DNA from: Candidatus Levyibacteriota bacterium
GTDB taxonomy: Bacteria; Patescibacteriota; Microgenomatia; Levybacterales; UBA12049
Assembly (NCBI GenBank): GCA_027459725.1
Contig: DAIDHK010000002.1
Coordinates: 35,752 to 99,751 of the forward strand
Direction: 5' to 3'
Length of the DNA stretch: 64,000 bases
Both the position numbers and the translations under genes were made by a program. The notes beneath the pieces were generated by a model, which saw only the letters and a list, made by a program, of their open reading frames with translations, did no database searches and was not told the origin of the DNA. Positions 1-10,256 of the stretch are shown here, piece by piece; position 1 is the stretch's first letter; every line of letters begins with the position of its first letter.

Positions 1-506
1 GACTATAACCATACATCACCAGCACAAATAAGGTTACCGCCAAATAAATAATGGCATCTCCCAAGTCTGGTTGCAGATAAATAAATAGTAAGATCGGTAA
101 GATTAAAATTAAGACTAAAAACATATATTTACCTTCTGTATTGGTATGTTGTGAAAGAAATGCTGCCATGGCTAACACCAAAAGAGGTTTGCAAATCTCT
201 GAGAATTGGATACTCGCCCCAAAAAGACTTACCCATCTTACTGCTCCATGACTTTCAATACCCAAAAGAAGTACGATTCCCAGAACAATCAAAGAAAATA
301 TGTATATAGGAAGTGAAAATGACTTTAGACGCTCAAAAGACAAATTAGCTACAATAAAAAAAATAATAATTACCAAAACTGCAGAAAATAACTGAGATTT
401 AAACAACGATACGTTTATAGAAGACATAATGATTAAGCTGAACGTTAATAACACAAGCATGGGGATAAATAGCCACCAGTCGACAAAGAAAATCTGTTTT
501 TTCATA
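1..506 (-). CDS. SEDS-family peptidoglycan glycosyltransferase (RodA/FtsW-like), N-terminal part; continues beyond the window start
   Basis: Not in the ORF track because it runs off the edge. Manual reverse translation from the ATG at 506 gives MKKQIFFVDWWLFIPMLVLL...GIESHGAVRWVSLFGASIQFSEICKPLLVLAMAAFLSQ, which is the SEDS signature (G-x-E-x-xGA-xRW-x-LG-x-S-xQPSE-xxK). A second SEDS protein (ftsW) lies in the dcw cluster, so this one is probably rodA. Confidence 0.7.
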
Positions 507-577
507 GCAGGAGTTAAACATGCAGGTGGTTGTAATTGGAACATAACATTATATTCCCAACCCCTACAGAAAAAATA

Positions 578-3460
578 TTAACTAATTGTTTTTACCACAA
601 AACTATCACCTATTTCCAAAATCCCTACTAAGGCATTTTGTTTAATGTAATCTGTAAAATCCTCAGGCCACTGTGTAAGAGTGACGTTAACCATTTCATC
701 AAGCCTAGTTCCCAGCTTCTTTCTTTCTTCTTGAATCTGTCGGACAATATCTCTGGCTTGTCCTTCAGCTTTCAAATCAGGAGTAATTACTGTGTCCAAT
801 TCAAGATAAGCTTCTTTAGCAGCAGGATCATGCTTATATATTATTTTCTTAATATTAACTTCCTCAAGAATAATTCTATTCGCTTCCACTGAAAGTTCGT
901 CTATAAATCTGTTCTTATTTTTGCTAAATTTTCCTACTTTGAAGTTTTCTGGTATCACAAAGGTAATACTTGCAAGAGGTTGACGCACTCTAAGTCCCAA
1001 CTCTTTCCTTTTCGCTAAAGCCATTTCTACTATTTGTTGTGCCATAAATAATTCATTATGCTCAACTAAATACTTATCCATAATATCATGATTAAAATTT
1101 GGCCAGTCAGTTAAATGTACAGACTCATTTCCTGTTATATTTCGGTAAATCTCTTCTGAAATAAATGGTGTAATAGGCGCCATGAGTTTACAGATTGTAA
1201 TGAGCACATATGTTGCTGTCCTATAAAAAGATTCTTTATCATTCTGATCTTTAGCAGTTATACCTACTCTATCTCTACTGCGACGAATATACCAGGTAGA
1301 AAATCTTGTAATAAATATTCTAATATCACTTATTGCAAAAACACTATTATAATCTTCCAACGCCATTGTTATATTTCTAATCTGCATTTGCAAATCACAT
1401 AAAATATCTTTATCTAATATATTAGTTGGTGTAAATTCTTTCTTTTGATATATCCACTTATCAATTCCTGCATACATAGCAACAAAGTTATAAGTATTCA
1501 ATAATATAAGCAATGTTCCACGAACTTGGTTGCGGTATTGTTCTTCGGAAATCAAAATATCTTCACCTTCCATTACTGGACTACCCAGTAAATATAGCCT
1601 TAATGCATCTCCACCATACTTTTGCAGCATTTCTTTCGGATCAGGATAATTCTTGAAATTCTTACTCATTTTTCTACCATCTGTACCCAGGATTACACCT
1701 TCGACTAATACATTTTTAAAGGCAACCGATTTATATAATGCAGCACCAATGACATGTAAAACATAAAACCAGGCACGAATCTGACCGGTATACTCAGCAA
1801 TAAAATCCGGAGGGAAAAAATTCTCCAGTTTTTCAGATTTATTGAAAGGAAAATGTCTTTCTGCAAAAGAAGCAGAACCAGCTTCAATCCAACTATCTAA
1901 AACCTCAGGTGTTCTATGCATTGTTTTACCACACTTGCCACATTTAACTGTTATTTCATCAATTTCAGGCTTATGTAACGAAGTGATCTTTTGTCCAGAA
2001 GCTTCTTCCAATTCTTTGATTGAACCAGGTACGAATCGTTCACCACATTCACATTCCCAAACAGGAACAGGACTTCCCCAATAACGATTGCGGGAAATAT
2101 TCCAGTCAGGAGCAAATTCTAGGCTTTTCAAAAATCTTCCATATTTAAAATGACGAGGGAACCAGTTTACATGCTCGTTGGTTTCTTTCATTAAAGGTTT
2201 TAAAGATTTCACATCAACATACCAGGCATTTTGAGGTGCGTAATATAAACGAGTATGACAACGCCAGCAGAGTGGTACGACATGTTTGTAATCAAATTCC
2301 TGATAAATAAGACCCCGTTCACGTAAATCTTCATTCACAAACTTGTTAGCTTTAAGATAATACATCCCACCAAATTTTGGAATATCTGGGAAAATATTGC
2401 CTTCTTCATCCACGTGCATGGCAATATGTACATTTTGTTCTTTCATAACCACTAAATCTTCTTCTCCATAGGCTGCTATGGTTACCACACCTGTCCCTTC
2501 TTCAGCGGTCACAAAATCTCCGGGAATAATTTGAAATGCTTTTTCTTCAGCTTTTATATTTTTCTTATAATAATCATAATGAGGCTCAAATCTCTTACCA
2601 ACTAGCTTAGAACCCTTTATTTCTTCTATAACTTTATATTTTGGCTCTTTTTTAAGCATCTTCAACGTGGTTTTGGCTAGTATATAGTATTCATTACCCT
2701 GCCTGACTTTAACATAGGTGAATTTAGGATTTACCGCCAAAGCGGGTGTAACAATTTTATTCCAGGGAGTGGTTGACCAGGCTAAGATATATGTATTATC
2801 CTCATCGAGTAGTTTATACTTATATGTTGCTGCCAAATCAGGCATCTCCTTATGATTATCTGCATCCATTGCCACTTCAAAGTTTGAGATGGGAGTCGAG
2901 CAGTGCGGACAATAAAGTGAAACGCGCAAACCCTTGTAAATATAACCCTTGTCATACATCTGCTTAAATACCCACATTACTGATTCCATATAGGGTAAAT
3001 CCCATGTTTTGTAGGCATGTTTAAAATCAACCCAACGCCCTACATGATCTACATACCATTCCCATTCACTCGAAACTTGATTTACATAATGAAGACAACG
3101 ATTGATAAAGACTTTTATGCCAATTTTTTCTTCTATATCTTTCTTGCGCTGAATATTTAATTCTCCTTCAACTTTATTTTCAATAGGCAGACCATGTCCA
3201 TCCCACCCCCAGACTCTTCTGACATGATAACCTTTCATTGTCCAATAACGGCCAAATAAGTCTTTAGGTAGACTAGAAAGCAGAGAACCATAATGAGGCA
3301 TACCCGTAACAAATGGTGGTCCATCCAAAAATGTCCAGCGTTTATTCATTGGTCTCTGCTCGACAGATTTTTCAAATGTCCTATTTTCTTTCCAGTACTG
3401 AAGCGTTTTTTCTTCTAATTCCGGTAAAGTAACTTTTGGGTCAATTGGTTTAAAAGACAT
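578..3460 (-). CDS. ileS: Isoleucyl-tRNA synthetase, eukaryote/archaeal-like type 2
   Basis: 960 aa. Class I aaRS motifs FLDGPPFVTGMPHYGSLL (HIGH-like), GWDGHGLPIE and KMSKNFKNYPDP (the KMSK-x-x-NYPDP pattern is typical of type-2 IleRS rather than ValRS/LeuRS). Confidence 0.8.
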   Translation of the reverse strand: MSFKPIDPKVTLPELEEKTLQYWKENRTFEKSVEQRPMNKRWTFLDGPPFVTGMPHYGSLLSSLPKDLFGRYWTMKGYHVRRVWGWDGHGLPIENKVEGELNIQRKKDIEEKIGIKVFINRCLHYVNQVSSEWEWYVDHVGRWVDFKHAYKTWDLPYMESVMWVFKQMYDKGYIYKGLRVSLYCPHCSTPISNFEVAMDADNHKEMPDLAATYKYKLLDEDNTYILAWSTTPWNKIVTPALAVNPKFTYVKVRQGNEYYILAKTTLKMLKKEPKYKVIEEIKGSKLVGKRFEPHYDYYKKNIKAEEKAFQIIPGDFVTAEEGTGVVTIAAYGEEDLVVMKEQNVHIAMHVDEEGNIFPDIPKFGGMYYLKANKFVNEDLRERGLIYQEFDYKHVVPLCWRCHTRLYYAPQNAWYVDVKSLKPLMKETNEHVNWFPRHFKYGRFLKSLEFAPDWNISRNRYWGSPVPVWECECGERFVPGSIKELEEASGQKITSLHKPEIDEITVKCGKCGKTMHRTPEVLDSWIEAGSASFAERHFPFNKSEKLENFFPPDFIAEYTGQIRAWFYVLHVIGAALYKSVAFKNVLVEGVILGTDGRKMSKNFKNYPDPKEMLQKYGGDALRLYLLGSPVMEGEDILISEEQYRNQVRGTLLILLNTYNFVAMYAGIDKWIYQKKEFTPTNILDKDILCDLQMQIRNITMALEDYNSVFAISDIRIFITRFSTWYIRRSRDRVGITAKDQNDKESFYRTATYVLITICKLMAPITPFISEEIYRNITGNESVHLTDWPNFNHDIMDKYLVEHNELFMAQQIVEMALAKRKELGLRVRQPLASITFVIPENFKVGKFSKNKNRFIDELSVEANRIILEEVNIKKIIYKHDPAAKEAYLELDTVITPDLKAEGQARDIVRQIQEERKKLGTRLDEMVNVTLTQWPEDFTDYIKQNALVGILEIGDSFVVKTIS

Positions 3461-3561
3461 AGCTTCAATTGTAGCTTAAATTACCTTCTTCATCAAGCAA
3501 ATTTGCATCTTTTAATTTAATATCTGAAATTTACTATATTTCTTAAGCTAAGATACTTAAT

Positions 3562-3957
3562 ATGGTAGACGAAAAGCGTTTCTATGTAGGACTAAAGGCT
3601 TTTTTAAAAAAAGGTAACCAAATACTCATTCTTACATCATCAGATCGTGCTGAAATTGGCTTGGATTTTCCCGGAGGTAAGATTAACCAAGAAGAGACAA
3701 ATCTACTAGAAGCGTTAAAACGTGAGGTACGTGAAGAGACCAGCCTGGAAGTTAAAGTCGGGACACCGTTTGCAGTATGGACTAATGACTGGAGCACTAG
3801 CAAATATGCTAAAGATGAAATCTTCCTTGTAGGATACATATGTGACTATGTCTCAGGAGAGGTAAAACTTAGCTCCGAGCATACGGATTATAGATGGATA
3901 GATAAAAATACTTATCAAGAACTGAATGAGGGAAGTAATTATTATCTAGCGTTGTAG
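3562..3957 (+). CDS. NUDIX hydrolase
   Basis: 131 aa. Nudix box GGKINQEETNLLEALKREVREETSLEV (G-x5-E-x7-REVxEEtG). Confidence 0.75.
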   Translation: MVDEKRFYVGLKAFLKKGNQILILTSSDRAEIGLDFPGGKINQEETNLLEALKREVREETSLEVKVGTPFAVWTNDWSTSKYAKDEIFLVGYICDYVSGEVKLSSEHTDYRWIDKNTYQELNEGSNYYLAL

Positions 3958-4300
3958 AAATATTTTGCCTTACCTCTTTTTTTACAATGACTTAAACTTA
4001 AAAACCTTGCTTTATTCATATACTAATTATTTATATTCCACCACTTATTCTCATTTCTTTATAAAACATTTTCATAGCTTCCTCAACCGTTTTAGGAGCA
4101 GGTTTATTTTTTAATTTATTATACGCAATTTTAATATCAATCTTTAGATTTGGATGCTTAAGCAGCAGAGCATTCATGGCAATATAGAAAATATTCATAT
4201 TCTTAATTCCCAATCTTAGCTGAATACTTTTAAGAAGGCAACAGATATCATCCTTTATGCCACGCTTATTTTAAAGTATGGCATAAAGGAATGTATATAC

Positions 4301-5182
4301 TTACAAGCTATGTACTGCCGGAATAATTTTTTCACCAAAAATTCTGATAGGCTCAATCTCTTCAACATTTCTAATGCCGAAGATAACATGTGAAACCCCA
4401 AATTCTTTGAGATGCTTACACTTTTCGATTGCATCTTGTACATTTACTTTCCCATTCTCCGGTCTTATCTGTTCAAGCACTGTAATCTCAATATCATTAA
4501 AATCACGACCTACATCTTGACAATGTTTTTTTAGAACATCTATCTTATGTTTCAATTCCTCATCACCCGATCTGGCAAACAGATTACAAGCATCAGCATA
4601 CTTCGCAACTAATTTTAAGGTTTTTTGTTCACCACCACCACCAATCAGAATAGTTGGATGAGGTTTGGATATTGCTTGCGGGTAATTCATGGGCCACTTT
4701 GCATTCACATGCCTACCCACAAATTCTTTATCATCTCCTTTCCACATCTGTAATGCCATTTGCAATGTATCTTCCAGCCTCTCAAATCTTTCTTTCAAAG
4801 GAGGAAATGGGAAACCTAAAGCATTGGATTCTTGCTCATTCCAGGCTGCGCCTATTCCCATATATGCTCTCCCGTTACTTAAGACATCAAGAGTAGTGAC
4901 TGCTTTTATAAGCAAAGCTGGATGACGATAAATTACTCCAGTTACCATCGTTCCTAATTTGGTATTTTTTGTTAAGCCAGCAAGATAACCTAATGTAGTA
5001 TATGCTTCCAACATAGGCTCTTGCGGTTCACCTATATGCTGAATCTGAAAGAAATGATCCATCACCCAAATACTATAAAAACCAGCTTTATCTGCAGTAG
5101 TTGCTATTTCAGCTAATTTCTTACTAATATTTTTATTTCCCCCTTCCCAGGTAAAACGATTAATCTGTAACCCTATTTTCAT
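4301..5182 (-). CDS. Luciferase-like monooxygenase (LLM) family oxidoreductase, probably F420-dependent
   Basis: 293 aa. TIM-barrel LLM features (WVMDHF, GIGAAW, ILIGGGG). Adjacent to cofD and cofE in a co-directional operon. Confidence 0.7.
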   Translation of the reverse strand: MKIGLQINRFTWEGGNKNISKKLAEIATTADKAGFYSIWVMDHFFQIQHIGEPQEPMLEAYTTLGYLAGLTKNTKLGTMVTGVIYRHPALLIKAVTTLDVLSNGRAYMGIGAAWNEQESNALGFPFPPLKERFERLEDTLQMALQMWKGDDKEFVGRHVNAKWPMNYPQAISKPHPTILIGGGGEQKTLKLVAKYADACNLFARSGDEELKHKIDVLKKHCQDVGRDFNDIEITVLEQIRPENGKVNVQDAIEKCKHLKEFGVSHVIFGIRNVEEIEPIRIFGEKIIPAVHSL

Positions 5183-5210
5183 AATTTCACCTCCTTCCCA
5201 AAAATATTAA

Positions 5211-6131
5211 TTATTCAATTTTTATTGTCTTTTGCGCAAGTGATCTTTTAACGTCCAATGTTTTCATTATGGTATTAGTGACTATAACTTCTATATTCAT
5301 TTTCTCAATATCAACCTTTTGATCTTTATCTTTCTCATCAATGACAATAGTATCCAAAAAATCTTTATAATACTCTGCCACACCGTTTGCAGAAACTTGC
5401 ATACCCATACTCCTCATCATCTTGTCCGCTGGTCCTTTAATAGTCATACCTCCAACAATCGGACTAACTGCTATCACCTTGGCTTGAGTTTTTTTTAATG
5501 CGTCCTTGATCCCTTCAACCGCTAAAATACTACCTATACTTACTAAGGGATTACTTGGAGCTATGAGAACTTTATCCGCTTTTATAATAGAATCCAAAAC
5601 ACCCGGAGCTGGTTTTGCTGCTGTTATACCTAGAAACTCGATTCCATGTACTTCATCTTCCGTTTGGTTTTTTACCATATATTCTTGAAAATGGATTTTC
5701 CCTTTTGGAGTTAAAATGTACGTAGAAACAGGATCATCACTCATGGGTAATAACTTAAACTTTAATCCATAATTGTCTAAAATTATTTGAGTAACTTTAG
5801 TTAAACTTTTTCCTTTTTTCAATATGTCAGTACGCAAAATATGGGTGGCAAGATCTTTATCACCGATTTTAAACCAGTCAGCATATCCCATCTTCGTGAG
5901 CTGTTCCATTGTACAAAACGTATCATTTTTTATCCCCCAGCCGGTAGTTTCATTAACCACTCCCGCTAAGGTATACGTAACAATGTCTAAATCGGGTGAT
6001 ACATGCAGACCATAGAATTCTTTATCATCGCCTGTGTTTCCGATGACAATTAAATCTTCTTCATCAATTACTTGTACAACGCCCTGTAAAAATCTCGCTG
6101 CACCCACACCACCTGCTAATACTGTAATCAT
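5211..6131 (-). CDS. cofD: 2-phospho-L-lactate transferase CofD (F420 biosynthesis)
   Basis: 306 aa. N-terminus MITVLAGGVGAARFLQGV...VIGNTGDD is typical of the CofD/UPF0052 family. Adjacent to cofE. Confidence 0.75.
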   Translation of the reverse strand: MITVLAGGVGAARFLQGVVQVIDEEDLIVIGNTGDDKEFYGLHVSPDLDIVTYTLAGVVNETTGWGIKNDTFCTMEQLTKMGYADWFKIGDKDLATHILRTDILKKGKSLTKVTQIILDNYGLKFKLLPMSDDPVSTYILTPKGKIHFQEYMVKNQTEDEVHGIEFLGITAAKPAPGVLDSIIKADKVLIAPSNPLVSIGSILAVEGIKDALKKTQAKVIAVSPIVGGMTIKGPADKMMRSMGMQVSANGVAEYYKDFLDTIVIDEKDKDQKVDIEKMNIEVIVTNTIMKTLDVKRSLAQKTIKIE

Positions 6132-6136
6132 AATAT

Positions 6137-6898
6137 TTAACGAAACATATCGGTATTCGCACTACGGATTAAATCTTGACCTGTTTTATTAGCTGATATA
6201 AAGTTATATCCCCTTATAAGTGCTACTGGCACTTTTTCTGTTTTGCCCATCACAAGTTCAGCTGCAGCTGCCAGTTCATCAGCCGCAGCTATAATGGTTG
6301 CTTGTAAAAATTGTCCGTTAGTATCCTGCTTACCCCGATAGTCACAGATCGCTTGCATACCAGAAACGCCTATCGCATTATTAACTTGACCTTCTCTCCA
6401 GGGCCTACCCCACGTATCAGTTATAATTACAGCTAATTTAAGATGTTGTCCATTTAAGTAAATAAGTTTTTTTCGAATATCATCTGCTGAACGATCAGGA
6501 TCTTCTGGCAAAATAGATAGTATTTCACTGTCGTCTAAGTTTGAAGCATCTACACCTGCATTGGCACAGATGAATCCCTGTTTGGTTTCACAAATTAATA
6601 CATTATGATCCATTCGTACTATCCTTTTAGTTTGCTGTAAAACTACCTCAATATGGCGTGGATCTTTGTTTGCTTTTATAGCAATTTGTCTGGCAAATTC
6701 GGAAGGAATTATTGTCTTCAAATTAATAATTCTACCTTCTGCCTTGGAAATAATTTTTTGTGTAATAACGATAATATCACCAGCTTGTAAATTAAGATCC
6801 TGTTTTTGCAGTGCAGAATAAATAATATCTGCTATCGAGTCCTTAGATTTAATATTCTTAATATTTCTAATAGGAATGATTGTTAAAGAAGTTGTCAT
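6137..6898 (-). CDS. cofE: Coenzyme F420-0:L-glutamate ligase CofE
   Basis: 253 aa. DIIVITQKIISKAEGR ... ANAGVDASN motifs of the CofE family. The stop/start overlaps the upstream LLM gene (ATGA), suggesting translational coupling. Confidence 0.75.
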   Translation of the reverse strand: MTTSLTIIPIRNIKNIKSKDSIADIIYSALQKQDLNLQAGDIIVITQKIISKAEGRIINLKTIIPSEFARQIAIKANKDPRHIEVVLQQTKRIVRMDHNVLICETKQGFICANAGVDASNLDDSEILSILPEDPDRSADDIRKKLIYLNGQHLKLAVIITDTWGRPWREGQVNNAIGVSGMQAICDYRGKQDTNGQFLQATIIAAADELAAAAELVMGKTEKVPVALIRGYNFISANKTGQDLIRSANTDMFR

Positions 6899-7881
6899 AG
6901 AACTTTTAAACTAGGTAACACTTTTGTACCCAACATTTTAATAAGTTCCTCCTGACGATTATTAGAAGTCGTTTGAATAACTACTGTATCGACTGTCAAC
7001 TTTGTGATTAATGGAGAATATACTTTTATATAATCCTCTGCTGATGAAAGAATAGAATACTTGCTTAAGATTTCTTCCCTAGGCAAATCGTCTGCTTCCT
7101 CTTGTAATAATTTCGGTTCAACTATCGTACTTCTGTGCGGCGCGCGTAAACCTCTCCAAGGACCTAATGCATTCCATGCTTCTTGATTATCGTCAGCAAA
7201 AACACTCCAATGAGTGGCAACTAAGCCAAAACCTATTCTACCTAATCCACTTGCTTTCTCGCTTGCTGGTTGAACAAGTTCGTTCAAAGTATCCTCAACG
7301 TTTTTTACACTGCATATTAAACCATCTGAATACTCAGCTGCCAGTAATGCTGATTTATGCCCTCCCGCAGCTAATAAAATGGGGACTTTATGCAACGGTG
7401 GACTATATAGTTTCAGCTTGTCCGCTTTATAAAATTGACCGTTTTCGTTTAGTTCTTCTCCATCTAACAACTTTCTCATTATTCTAAGAGCTTCCTTCAT
7501 TCTTGCTGAACGCTCTTTATAATTTGGATAGGTATAACCAAGCGGAACCTCATTAATTGCTTCTCCCGTTCCCACTCCTAAAATAAACCTTCCATGAGAT
7601 AAACGGTCAATAGTCGCAGCAGCTTGAGCAACAACTGCCGGGTGATAACGAAATAGAGGAGTTACTACACCCGTCATTAAATCTATCTTTTTGGTTGAAA
7701 CTGCTATGGCTCCCAAAGTTGAAAAAGCGAAACCAGCTGCAGATTGATCATCCACCCATGGATTAAAATGTTCTGAAACAAAAACTCCATCAAATCCCAC
7801 ATTCTCGGCAAGAACTGCATGTTTTACTAAATCTTCAGGTTGAAATTGCTCATGGCCACAAAAGTAATAAATTTTTGCCAT
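6895..7881 (-). CDS. LLM-class F420-dependent oxidoreductase, Fgd (F420-dependent glucose-6-phosphate dehydrogenase)-like
   Basis: 328 aa. N-terminus YYFCGHEQFQPEDLVKHAVLAENVGFDGVFVSEHFNPW and GVGTGEAINE resemble the Fgd family. Confidence 0.65.
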   Translation of the reverse strand: MAKIYYFCGHEQFQPEDLVKHAVLAENVGFDGVFVSEHFNPWVDDQSAAGFAFSTLGAIAVSTKKIDLMTGVVTPLFRYHPAVVAQAAATIDRLSHGRFILGVGTGEAINEVPLGYTYPNYKERSARMKEALRIMRKLLDGEELNENGQFYKADKLKLYSPPLHKVPILLAAGGHKSALLAAEYSDGLICSVKNVEDTLNELVQPASEKASGLGRIGFGLVATHWSVFADDNQEAWNALGPWRGLRAPHRSTIVEPKLLQEEADDLPREEILSKYSILSSAEDYIKVYSPLITKLTVDTVVIQTTSNNRQEELIKMLGTKVLPSLKVL

Positions 7882-7993
7882 AGTCTAGCTTATCATTTAT
7901 ATAAAAATAATAACTGAATGTAAAGCAAGAATTATGCAAGAAACTCAGATTTATATTTCAAAAATATTCTGTTATACTCATTTCTGATTTGAT

Positions 7994-9511
7994 ATGAAAG
8001 TTCCTAAAAGAGTAATTCCCTCCACTATGGCCTCTCAGCACCCAGACCATGCGGATAAACCATATTGGTACCATAAGCACTTTATTGATGTCCATGCTGA
8101 ATCTGAAGAGTGTTTTAGAATGTTTTCTGAACTTGGAATAGATGAATATAAATGGGATTGGGAAGGAAAATTAGTAGATGAATCGGTTATGGAAAGAATG
8201 CTTGGTGAGCATTTCGATTTTTTTAAACGTTATCCACTTGGCGAAAAAAAATTTATAACATTTCGTTTACCAAATCCTAAAGTTGAAACAGAATTCCGGC
8301 TGGGCAGAGCTTTTCTGGGAATATTAAGTGCTGCAGCCATGGCTAAAAAAGTTGGTTTTGTGCACGCCCCTCTTTTTGAAGTAATTCTCCCAATGACTGA
8401 AACTTCTGAAGAGATGTTGGACATACAAAGTGCATTCCAGGAAATTAGTGGTCTAAAACACAAATTATATAAATTAGACAATAACATATTGGATAACATT
8501 GAATTAATACCTTTATTCGAACAGGTACAAACAATTATTAATTCCGATACGATTTTAAAGGAATATATTGAAGGATATAAGAAAATGTTTAAAAGTAAAC
8601 CTGAATATATGCGTCCTTACATAGCCCGCTCAGATCCAGCTCTCAACTCAGGATTGGTTCCTACAGTATTAGCTATAAAGATTGCTTTATCAAAATATAA
8701 AGAATTGACCAAACAACTTGATATCCCTTTCTATCCAATTATTGGCACTGCGGCTTTGCCTTTCCGTGGTGGATTAACTCCAGATAATGTTGAGTCTTTT
8801 GTTAGAGAATATAAAGGAATTAGAACAGTTCTTATCCAAGGAGGATTTCGTTACGACTACCCCAAAGATCTTGTTATCTCTGGTATTAAGAAACTTGATA
8901 CTTTATTAAGTAAACAAGCTGCTGTTGATGTTCCCAAAGTCGATGAGAAAGAAATTCAACACATCATCCCTTTTTTTGAGACATATTATAGAAAAACAGT
9001 AGAAGAAATAGCACCTGTTATCAACCAGCTTGCCTCTTTTCTACCAAAACGACGAGAGAGAGTACAACACATCGGACTGTTTGGATATTCTAGAGGTTTA
9101 GGAAAAGTTTCTCTGCCCAGAGCTATTGGTTTTACAGGAGCGCTTTATTCAGTTGGAATCCCGCCAGAATTAATAGGCACTGGTCGAGGCTTACGAATTA
9201 TTCATTCACTTGGCAAACAAAATTTAATAGATAGATATTATATAAACTTTAAAGCAGATATTATAAGAGCAGGCAAATATTTAAACAGGGAGAATCTAGC
9301 TGACTTAACACAAAATTCTCCTGTTTGGGGAGAAATTATTGATGACATTGATGCATTAGAAAAATATTTAAAGATTGATTTGGTACCAGTTACTAAAGAA
9401 GAAAAAGAACATCAAAAACTGACATCAAAAATCTACACAAATCTTAATAAAGGAGGAGATTTTCAAGACCTTATAGTAAAAGCTGGTATTCTTCGTAAAA
9501 GTCTCGGATAA
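7994..9511 (+). CDS. ppcA: Archaeal-type phosphoenolpyruvate carboxylase (PpcA/PEPcase_2 family)
   Basis: 505 aa. N-terminal IPSTMASQHPDHADKPYW matches the conserved MSTQHPDN start of archaeal-type PEPC. The size (~500 aa) also fits. Confidence 0.7.
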   Translation: MKVPKRVIPSTMASQHPDHADKPYWYHKHFIDVHAESEECFRMFSELGIDEYKWDWEGKLVDESVMERMLGEHFDFFKRYPLGEKKFITFRLPNPKVETEFRLGRAFLGILSAAAMAKKVGFVHAPLFEVILPMTETSEEMLDIQSAFQEISGLKHKLYKLDNNILDNIELIPLFEQVQTIINSDTILKEYIEGYKKMFKSKPEYMRPYIARSDPALNSGLVPTVLAIKIALSKYKELTKQLDIPFYPIIGTAALPFRGGLTPDNVESFVREYKGIRTVLIQGGFRYDYPKDLVISGIKKLDTLLSKQAAVDVPKVDEKEIQHIIPFFETYYRKTVEEIAPVINQLASFLPKRRERVQHIGLFGYSRGLGKVSLPRAIGFTGALYSVGIPPELIGTGRGLRIIHSLGKQNLIDRYYINFKADIIRAGKYLNRENLADLTQNSPVWGEIIDDIDALEKYLKIDLVPVTKEEKEHQKLTSKIYTNLNKGGDFQDLIVKAGILRKSLG

Positions 9512-9515
9512 TAAA

Positions 9516-9989
9516 CTATTCATGATTCTTTGGCCATGTATCCATAACTTGACGCAATATGGCAAATTCACCTATGTGATATGATGTGTGATCAATTGCT
9601 AAAAGAACTTCATGTAAAAATGTCTGTCCGTTACCGTTTGGAACTTTAGCTTCCAGATCTAAATCTTCCTTGTTTAATAAATCGACAATTTTATTTAAAT
9701 CAGTTTCATATTCCACTGTTGTTTTTTGCCAGTCATTAGCCGTAGATCTTTTATCTCTTGTAGGCCAATAATCTTACGGCCAATTTAATTCTTTATAATG
9801 CTTGGCTGTCATAAATTCTAATAAATCTTTCTGAGTACGACGAATATGTTCCAGCAAATCCCAAGGAGAATAAGCCACATTGGGAGGAGTATTATTGATC
9901 TTACCCAGGGGAAAATCCTTTATTGCATCTATAAATGACATATGTGCTTGAGAGGTGGTAAGAAAAGAAATCAACTCCTTACGTATCAC
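9516..9989 (-). pseudogene. DinB/YfiT-like (DinB_2 superfamily) gene interrupted by an in-frame TAA
   Basis: Track ORFs 9774..9989 and 9516..9716 lie in the same frame (both end coordinates are 0 mod 3). They are separated only by a TAA at 9774-9776. Translation continues sensibly across it: ...KELNWP*DYWPTRDKRSTANDWQKTTVEYETDL... Confidence 0.6.
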
Positions 9990-10256
9990 GTTATTCTCAT
10001 CCTTAATATATCACCGTAAAAGTAAAAAACATAAGTTATACAGAGTAAGTTTAATGTAATTTTTTATATTTAAACTTATTTAAAAATTCATCTTGCAAAA
10101 AAATTGTTAATTTGAATATAATGAATTATCTATTTAGATGATTCTTAAGTGTGATACGTCCTCAACTTATAATATCTTTAGTATATACTTACTCTATTTT
10201 TCTGTCCTTAATTATTATCTCGCTTCTAGATTAGGGTTATTTAATCGATACGACAC

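Noticed and set aside
638-2967. Several 60-84-aa ORFs (638..892, 1705..1887, 1842..2084, 2773..2967)
   Set aside because: Nested in or antisense to ileS.
3461-3561. Possible T-box leader upstream of ileS
   Set aside because: The ~100-nt spacer is too short for a T-box riboswitch, and no specifier/antiterminator pattern was seen.
4031-4443. Small ORFs 4031..4213 and 4255..4443
   Set aside because: Short and overlapping the 3' end of the LLM gene or AT-rich spacer. No motifs or RBS support.
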